Part shown: one piece after another, positions 57,290 through 64,000 of the stretch
How the letters are laid out: every line of letters starts with the position of its first letter
Numbering within the stretch: the first letter of the stretch is position 1
DNA from: a candidate division WOR-1 bacterium RIFOXYB2_FULL_37_13
GTDB taxonomy: Bacteria; Margulisbacteria; WOR-1; XYC2-FULL-46-14; XYC2-FULL-37-10
NCBI GenBank assembly: GCA_001771535.1
Contig: MEUB01000007.1
Coordinates: 1,386-65,385 of the forward strand
Reading direction: 5' to 3'
DNA: 64,000 bases
Notes under the pieces: model-generated
Databases searched by the model: none
What the model was told of the DNA's origin: nothing
The model's input: the letters and a program-made list of their open reading frames with translations, nothing else
Made by a program: the position numbers and the translations under genes

Positions 57290-58144
57290 ATGACAGCTGT
57301 AGTGAGTATACCGAAGAAATTGAGAGATGTTTTTGAACTTCTCTGTAAAGGTAAAATTAAAGAAGGAATAGAACAACTTAAAGCTATCCCAGGGTTTGAG
57401 GCTCATAAAGCGATCGCTTTAGCTGAAATTGCTTATTTCCAACATGATTTTGAAAGCGCAATGGATTATGATGAACAAGCGTTGCCGCATCATGAGGAGT
57501 GGTATGCCGGAAATATTGTTAATGAACATTTCTTTGCATATGTACGCGCTGCTATTGCATTAAAATGTATTGACAGGGCAAAAAGGGTTTTAACCGCTTT
57601 CTTAAAGCGAGAACAGGATACAAAGGTTCCAGCAAATGACATGGATAGACATAAATTTCATGTTGAACGCTACCAATATATAATAGGGCAACACTTGTTA
57701 AAACTAAAAGGCAGAGAAAATCTAGAGATATACAATTCTCCTTATCAAGTTATTAGTAACGGTGATTCTATGGATAAGTTTATCGCACAGTTAAAAAAAT
57801 ATCGACCTAAATTTTTAAGCGATAGTATCGATGGAGCAATGTATATGTTGAATTTTATTTATAAAACAGGAAACACCACAGATTATGTTAAGATTTATGA
57901 AAAATTTTCAGATAAGATAGATGATGAATCTCTTCATATTAAAGCCTCTAAAGTATATTTAGCATTAAAACATCCTGAAAAAGCTAAAGAGGCTATTCGA
58001 ACATTGACTTCCAAGGCGTGGTTCCCAATTGAACATCCTCAAATAACTCCAATGAAGCTTTGGGCAGAAGATGATTTGCAAAAAATTATGAAGCGTGATT
58101 TCTGTAAAGAAATTTTATATTTGCCTAAAGTTCAAAACAGATGA
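57290..58144 (+). CDS. All-alpha TPR-like hypothetical protein (284 aa)
   Basis: Intact ORF with TPR-like helical pairs (AIALAEIAYFQHDFESAMDYDEQAL). Lies between tRNA-Val fragments. Confidence 0.5.
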   Translation: MTAVVSIPKKLRDVFELLCKGKIKEGIEQLKAIPGFEAHKAIALAEIAYFQHDFESAMDYDEQALPHHEEWYAGNIVNEHFFAYVRAAIALKCIDRAKRVLTAFLKREQDTKVPANDMDRHKFHVERYQYIIGQHLLKLKGRENLEIYNSPYQVISNGDSMDKFIAQLKKYRPKFLSDSIDGAMYMLNFIYKTGNTTDYVKIYEKFSDKIDDESLHIKASKVYLALKHPEKAKEAIRTLTSKAWFPIEHPQITPMKLWAEDDLQKIMKRDFCKEILYLPKVQNR

Positions 58145-58145
58145 A

Positions 58146-58163
58146 AGATTGCGCGCTACTGGG
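58146..58163 (-). repeat. 18-nt fragment matching the tRNA-Val 3' end plus 4 flanking nt
   Basis: AGATTGCGCGCTACTGGG is identical to 59691-59708. Confidence 0.7.
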
Positions 58164-58186
58164 TTCTCCCGATGGACATTATTACC

Positions 58187-58810
58187 TCAACGGGCGATAG
58201 AGGCTTTTCCAAAGCGTGGGCATAAACAAATTCCCCAAAACGATTGGATCGGGTTAATATTTGCATATCCAATAAGATCCAAGCCAAAATCAAAATTGGA
58301 AGGAAAAATAAAGACTTGCATTTCAATCGGCACTCCAACTGTGGTAAAAGGTGAGCTTTCAAAATCACTGGGTGAACTAGCATTGTCCAGGTCTGGCGGC
58401 CCTATATATGCCCCTCTTTTTTTGCCTGTTACAACACTCGCTCCAAACCCCAAAGATACCAGCATATTATTGCCTTTTAAAAAACCGTCCCATTCAGGTT
58501 CGAATATTTTATTAAATAAAAAACCAAATTCATTAACCTCATCAGGGGTATATAAGAGTGCTCCGCTTAACGCCCGTAGCGAATAAGAGTGGCTCTGATT
58601 TTTTATGGTATAATTAAGCATCAGCAAGAAGCCTATCCCGACGACACCTCCCTGATCTTCTATGATTCCGCCCAAGCCCAGATGACTCCATGAAAACTCA
58701 TTTTTTGGCGGTTCAGCAAAAGCACAAACACCTCTGGGTAAAATAGCAGTAAGAAAAATTATAAGCATAAAAGCCCTAAAAAACATATTTTTTAGTAGCA
58801 ACTGCATCAC
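58187..58810 (-). CDS. Secreted or outer-membrane beta-rich hypothetical protein
   Basis: Signal peptide ..FMLIIFLTAILPRGVCAFA, followed by Gly/aromatic-rich alternating segments. Confidence 0.45.
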   Translation of the reverse strand: MMQLLLKNMFFRAFMLIIFLTAILPRGVCAFAEPPKNEFSWSHLGLGGIIEDQGGVVGIGFLLMLNYTIKNQSHSYSLRALSGALLYTPDEVNEFGFLFNKIFEPEWDGFLKGNNMLVSLGFGASVVTGKKRGAYIGPPDLDNASSPSDFESSPFTTVGVPIEMQVFIFPSNFDFGLDLIGYANINPIQSFWGICLCPRFGKASIAR

Positions 58811-58955
58811 CCCTTATTTTCAGAAAAGAGAAGATTGCTTACTCAAAAGCATTATTATAAAGTATGTGTGCCGCTTTCTCTTCCAAGCTCGGATACTATC
58901 GCTCCACCGGATACCTGATAAATGACCAGTTGTTTTTCTGCTTTCTTCATTTAAC

Positions 58956-59119
58956 CTAAATCCTCCCAATAAAATAACCAAGCAAACTCCCCAAAATCAA
59001 AGTCATAATTATAAAGCTGAAAGATTGGCGTTCCATGGCAATTTCATAATGAGCATTGGCGTAATATCAATAAGCCCCGCAAGAATTCCAAAAATGAGTA
59101 CCAGATAAATTTTTTCCAT
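58956..59119 (-). pseudogene. Decayed copy of the 55182-55490 membrane protein gene
   Basis: Both ends match copy 1, including the stop CTA and the start CAT. An internal deletion of about 145 nt lies near 59015. The remaining 164 nt are out of frame. Confidence 0.8.
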
Positions 59120-59241
59120 GGCGACAGCTCCTTGGGTTTAAATGATTATGGAAATAATAGCATATTTTTGTGGGGTAGTGGGATCTAAATTACTTTGGCA
59201 TGAAAATTGCTATATCTCCTCATAAGGAGGTCGAAAAACCC

Positions 59242-59586
59242 ATGTTTTTATTCGAAAATCTGGAAGTTTATAAGAAATCTGTTGAATTAGTGACGAAAAC
59301 TCATCAGTGCATGAAAACCATAAATGATAGAGACATCAAAAACCAACTAAAAAGAGCCGCGCTTTCCGTTCCGTTGAACATTGCGGAAGGAAATGGGCGA
59401 AATACCCCCAAGGAAAAACAGCAATTTTATAAAATGGCCAGAGGCTCGCTGTTTGAGTGTATTCCACTAATTGAAATATGCTTAAAACTCGGCTTTATTC
59501 CAAAAGAAACTTTTGATGATATATATTCAATTGCTGAAAGTATTGGAAAAATGATTAATGGCTTGATAAATTCTTTAAAAGAGTGA
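59242..59586 (+). CDS. Four-helix-bundle protein (23S rRNA intervening-sequence protein / Avd-like family)
   Basis: MFLFENLEVYKKS..QLKRAALSVPLNIAEGNGRNTPKEKQQFYKMARGSLFEC matches the family signature. RBS AAGGAGG. Confidence 0.85.
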   Translation: MFLFENLEVYKKSVELVTKTHQCMKTINDRDIKNQLKRAALSVPLNIAEGNGRNTPKEKQQFYKMARGSLFECIPLIEICLKLGFIPKETFDDIYSIAESIGKMINGLINSLKE

Positions 59587-59602
59587 GTAAGGAGAAGGGG
59601 AA

Positions 59603-59686
59603 AGAGATTGGAAATTAGAGATTAGATATTAGAAATTGGTGTGTCTTAACTAATATCCAATCTCTAATATCTAATCTCCAATATCT
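59603..59686. repeat. Heptad-periodic imperfect inverted repeat (37-nt arms, about 30/37 complementary) between the four-helix gene and tRNA-Val
   Basis: Left arm 59603-59639 AGAGATTGGAAATTAGAGATTAGATATTAGAAATTGG. Right arm 59650-59686 CTAATATCCAATCTCTAATATCTAATCTCCAATATCT. Confidence 0.8.
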
Positions 59687-59694
59687 AAATAGAT

Positions 59695-59768
59695 TGCGCG
59701 CTACTGGGATCGAACCAGTGACCCCTTGCCTGTCAAGCAAGTACTCTAACCAGCTGAGCTAAGCGCGC
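59695..59768 (-). tRNA. tRNA-Val (anticodon GAC)
   Basis: Minus strand GCGCGCTTAGCTCAGCTGGTTAGAGTACTTGCTTGACAGGCAAGGGGTCACTGGTTCGATCCCAGTAGCGCGCA folds as a cloverleaf with anticodon loop TTGACAG. Confidence 0.92.
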
Positions 59769-59802
59769 GTTTAACTTATAACCGATAACTTATAACAAAT
59801 AA
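59769..59802 (-). promoter_or_regulatory. GTTATAAGTTAT..AGTTAAAC leader motif abutting the tRNA-Val 5' end (segment Y)
   Basis: Minus strand reads GTTATTTGTTATAAGTTATCGGTTATAAGTTAAAC, then tRNA +1. Confidence 0.5.
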
Positions 59803-59837
59803 CAAAGACAAAAAGACAAAAAACAAATAACTAATAA

Positions 59838-60194
59838 CTAACTTTTTAAGAGAGAACGCCTAAAACCATTAATTTGTTTGCAAAGACTTTCAGCTTTTGT
59901 TTCTAATTCCTCTTGTATTTTAACATCTATAATGCCCAGTTCCAAGGCTATATCAAAGGCAGCAACAACTTCATGAACTGAACGTAGGGACATTTCCAAA
60001 AATCTACGGAATTCTTTATCTGAATCACAACTAGAACCTTCGGCAATGTTTAAAGTTATTGAAAGATATGCACTTCTAATTTGACTTGCAAGCGCCCTGT
60101 TTTCTTGTGAGGAAAAATTTTTTATCACATTCTCACAAAACGCACAAAATTCCTTTGCATCTTTGTAAACCTTAAAATTCTTAAACCTGAACAC
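59838..60194 (-). CDS. Four-helix-bundle protein (23S rRNA intervening-sequence protein / Avd-like family)
   Basis: MFRFKNFKVYKDA..QIRSAYLSITLNIAEGSSCDSDKEFRRFLEMSLRSVHE matches the family signature. Flanked by inverted copies of the GTTATAAGTTAT motif. Confidence 0.85.
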   Translation of the reverse strand: MFRFKNFKVYKDAKEFCAFCENVIKNFSSQENRALASQIRSAYLSITLNIAEGSSCDSDKEFRRFLEMSLRSVHEVVAAFDIALELGIIDVKIQEELETKAESLCKQINGFRRSLLKS

Positions 60195-60249
60195 TTCCCC
60201 CTGCCTTTATTTGCTTTTTCTTGTTTTCTTTCCCTTTTTTTCCCTGCCT

Positions 60250-60286
60250 CTGTTATAAGTTATTAGTTATAGGTTATAAGTTAAAC
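60250..60286 (-). repeat. Antisense copy of the tRNA leader motif (segment X) abutting the tRNA-Cys 3' end
   Basis: Minus strand GTTTAACTTATAACCTATAACTAATAACTTATAACAG. Its first 15 nt are perfectly complementary to the last 15 nt of segment Y (59769-59783). Confidence 0.8.
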
Positions 60287-60358
60287 AGGCGCGGGGCGGA
60301 TTTGAACCGCCGAATGACTGTTTTGCAGACAGTTCCCTTACCACTTGGGTACCGCGCC
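60287..60358 (-). tRNA. tRNA-Cys (anticodon GCA)
   Basis: Minus strand GGCGCGGTACCCAAGTGGTAAGGGAACTGTCTGCAAAACAGTCATTCGGCGGTTCAAATCCGCCCCGCGCCT. Anticodon loop CTGCAAA. Discriminator U73, as expected for Cys. Confidence 0.9.
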
Positions 60359-60366
60359 AAGGAAAA

Positions 60367-60439
60367 AGCGGGAGACGGGGTTCGAACCCGCGACATTCAG
60401 CTTGGGAAGCTGATACTCTACCAACTGAGCTACTCCCGC
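60367..60439 (-). tRNA. tRNA-Gly (anticodon CCC)
   Basis: Minus strand GCGGGAGTAGCTCAGTTGGTAGAGTATCAGCTTCCCAAGCTGAATGTCGCGGGTTCGAACCCCGTCTCCCGCT. Anticodon loop TTCCCAA. Discriminator U. Confidence 0.9.
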
Positions 60440-60476
60440 ATGTTAACTGATAACTTATAACTAATAACCGATAACA
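60440..60476 (-). promoter_or_regulatory. GTTATAAGTTAT leader motif upstream of tRNA-Gly (segment Z)
   Basis: Minus strand GTTATCGGTTATTAGTTATAAGTTATCAGTTAACAT, then tRNA-Gly +1. Inverted relative to segment X, with about 31/36 complementary. Confidence 0.5.
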
Positions 60477-60528
60477 CTTGGAATATTAATATCTTACTAG
60501 AAAAGCAATAAAGTAGCAAGATTGCGGA

Positions 60529-62316
60529 TTAGCACACAGAGAGTGGGTTCGGCTTAGAAAAGTTTTTCCACAAAAAATCATCCAAAGATTCATCGGTTAT
60601 CTTTTCGACCATAATAGCAGCATTTTCAGCGCTTTTGTCTTCCGCTTGCAGAGACTTAGCAAGTAAATAATTCTCCAAAGCTTCCTCTTTCATGCCCAAA
60701 GAATAGAGCGCGTTGCCTTGAAGATATAAAAGCCTGCTATAAAGAGCCCTGATCTTCGGCATTGTTTCAATTAATTCTATATTGCTTCTGATTAAATCCA
60801 ACGCTTTTTCTGAAAAAGCCAATATCTCAATAGCGTTTGCGGTAAAATTCTCAATTTCCATTTTCGCTGAAAACATTTTAATCATAAAAACATAAGCACT
60901 TAAAACCTCTTCAAGATGCCTGTTGAATTCGATTATTCGTCTATTAAATAAAATGGCAGAATCATAAGCAGCGATCGCTTCTTTTCGAAAATCTCTTTCT
61001 TCCGTTAACAATTCCGACCGGAGCTCCCGTAATGATTCTTTTATTGCCAAATAATTTACTTTCAAACTTTTATACTGCCAAGCAAGAAGATTCCCCTTCT
61101 GCGCAAAAGCTTTTGCCTGAAGCTTTAAGTCAATATCTCCAACGGCATTAATAATTCCATCAAAACATTGAATCGCTTCTAAATGTTCTCCTTTTTCCAT
61201 CAAAATACCGCCCAATTCAAACCATGCGGGATAACAATCATCACGCGAAGCAACCGCGTCACGGAAAAAAATTTCCGCCCTTTCTCTGTCATTTGCTTTT
61301 TTAAAATCGAGTCCCATTTTATAATTAGCCGCGGCAAGATGCTTTTTCCCATCATCTTTAAAGCCTAAAGAGATTAATGCCGTTCCTTTCCCCATAGCCG
61401 CCCAATGAGCTGAAATATCTCTTTTAAGCGCCTTATCAAAAGAATTCAAGGCTTTAGCAAAATATTGAGAGGGATTACCTTCCACACAGGGTTTTTGACC
61501 ATAGCTTAGCTGCTCAAATCCGATTGTGGTATAAAAATCAGCAATTTCAGAATCGGGAATACTGCCAAGAGTTTTAGTTAAAAACTGTTGAAGCAGATAA
61601 TCTATTTGAGCTTGGGTTCTGTTGATATAATCAACATATCTATTTTTCAGATCGAATCTGTATCCTGCCGGATATATTATGGCTCTATTCTCATACAAAA
61701 TACGCCATAAATGAATTATATTTTTATTAATTAAAGGAGCATCAAAGCTCTGCAGTTCATTCAAAACTTCTCCTCCCAACACAATCAATAAAGCAAAATC
61801 AATCTTTCTTGTACTTTTCAAAGCATCTAAAGCAAGTCGTTCGCGTTCAAGCTGCTGTTCCCCAATATAATTTGCTAATAAAAGGATTTTCTCCGGATCG
61901 GAAGATTGAGAATAAGCTGTATATAAAGGGCCATTTTCAGCATGAGCCATGGCACGCAATCTTTGAGGATTTGAGACATCATAATTTGCATAAGCTAAAT
62001 AAGATACGGCATAATTCAAAATCGAAGAATGTCCATCAACGAAAATCCCCATACGTTCAAAAAAGCTGCTATGCCCATATACAAGATCTGAAAGTTGCCC
62101 TTCCTCCAAAAACATTGCATTGGAAGAAATTCGCGTAAATAAGTCCGCCGCTTTTAACGCCTCTCTTGTTAAATCGACCCCCAAGTTTAAATGGTCCGCT
62201 ATAAGACGACTATTTTCTAAAAGACGATGAGGAGTAAATCTTCTTTCTCCAGTTCTTGGTGATTCAATCATTTTCTGGCTAGTAGGAAGAACGATTTTAA
62301 AACGTTTAATCTCCAA
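60529..62316 (-). CDS. 595-aa orphan TPR protein
   Basis: Multiple TPRs in the C-terminal half (YPAWFELGGILMEKGEHLEAIQCFDG, YLQGNALYSLGMKEEALENYLLAKSL). TTG start 7 nt after GGAGG. No signal peptide. Confidence 0.65.
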   Translation of the reverse strand: MEIKRFKIVLPTSQKMIESPRTGERRFTPHRLLENSRLIADHLNLGVDLTREALKAADLFTRISSNAMFLEEGQLSDLVYGHSSFFERMGIFVDGHSSILNYAVSYLAYANYDVSNPQRLRAMAHAENGPLYTAYSQSSDPEKILLLANYIGEQQLERERLALDALKSTRKIDFALLIVLGGEVLNELQSFDAPLINKNIIHLWRILYENRAIIYPAGYRFDLKNRYVDYINRTQAQIDYLLQQFLTKTLGSIPDSEIADFYTTIGFEQLSYGQKPCVEGNPSQYFAKALNSFDKALKRDISAHWAAMGKGTALISLGFKDDGKKHLAAANYKMGLDFKKANDRERAEIFFRDAVASRDDCYPAWFELGGILMEKGEHLEAIQCFDGIINAVGDIDLKLQAKAFAQKGNLLAWQYKSLKVNYLAIKESLRELRSELLTEERDFRKEAIAAYDSAILFNRRIIEFNRHLEEVLSAYVFMIKMFSAKMEIENFTANAIEILAFSEKALDLIRSNIELIETMPKIRALYSRLLYLQGNALYSLGMKEEALENYLLAKSLQAEDKSAENAAIMVEKITDESLDDFLWKNFSKPNPLSVC

Positions 62317-62341
62317 AAAAATGCCTCCAATTTCTAATTAT

Positions 62342-62369
62342 TTATCGAAATAAAAAACAAAAAATTTCA
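62342..62369 (-). promoter_or_regulatory. TGAAAT-N14-TTCGATAA bipartite promoter-like motif
   Basis: Minus strand TGAAATTTTTTGTTTTTTATTTCGATAA, 26 nt upstream of the TTG start at 62316. Confidence 0.45.
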
Positions 62370-62413
62370 AAAATATAAGGGATTTAAGCCAAAAGAGCGG
62401 TCAAAATAAGAGG

Positions 62414-64000
<1,587 letters not shown>

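Overview
AT-rich bacterial chromosome segment read with the standard genetic code. No conserved gene needs a stop-codon reassignment. BamA and TamB indicate a diderm cell. I cannot assign a taxon from sequence alone; the gene content resembles an uncultivated lineage. The housekeeping backbone is dgt(partial)-dnaG-rpoD, rsmG-bamA-tamB, xerC, argC-argJ-argB, metK, rpe, CIRCE-hrcA-grpE-dnaK, tyrA, efp-accB-recJ, purD and atpD(partial)-atpC. There are five intact tRNA genes: CAU, Arg-UCU, Val-GAC, Cys-GCA and Gly-CCC. Four accessory or unusual parts stand out. (1) A defence island lies between tRNA(CAU) and rsmG (about 3653-10106). It holds a Com-like zinc finger, a single-chain Type IIG R-M enzyme, a HEPN-like ORF and a T5orf172 gene, the last three joined by overlapping stop/start codons. 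RhuM and a decayed DUF1016 nuclease follow, each bounded by a repeated 3'-end/UTR module. (2) A 28-nt bipartite promoter-like motif, TGAAAT-N14-TTCGATAW, has sigma-28/ECF-like architecture. I found 8 copies, all correctly oriented upstream of start codons: rpoD, the R-M operon and six orphan genes. The orphans are TPR, LRV or unknown proteins with no signal peptide and low-complexity N-termini. (3) A mosaic at tRNA-Val (55.1-60.5 kb) contains duplicated tRNA 3' fragments, pseudogenes, heptad-periodic hairpins and two four-helix-bundle (23S-IVS-protein family) genes. One of these genes is enclosed by an IVS-like stem lying exactly between tRNA-Cys and tRNA-Val. (4) Smaller oddities include a GC-rich 4 x 28 bp palindromic tandem repeat upstream of argC and a shared 32-nt heptamer repeat inside rsmG and argC. 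Also notable are an EF-P lacking the conserved PGKG loop lysine, a degenerate Ser/Thr kinase split from its PASTA domain, and an NtrC-like regulator with a dead AAA+ core. All calls rest on reading the sequence and the ORF translations; no database search was run.
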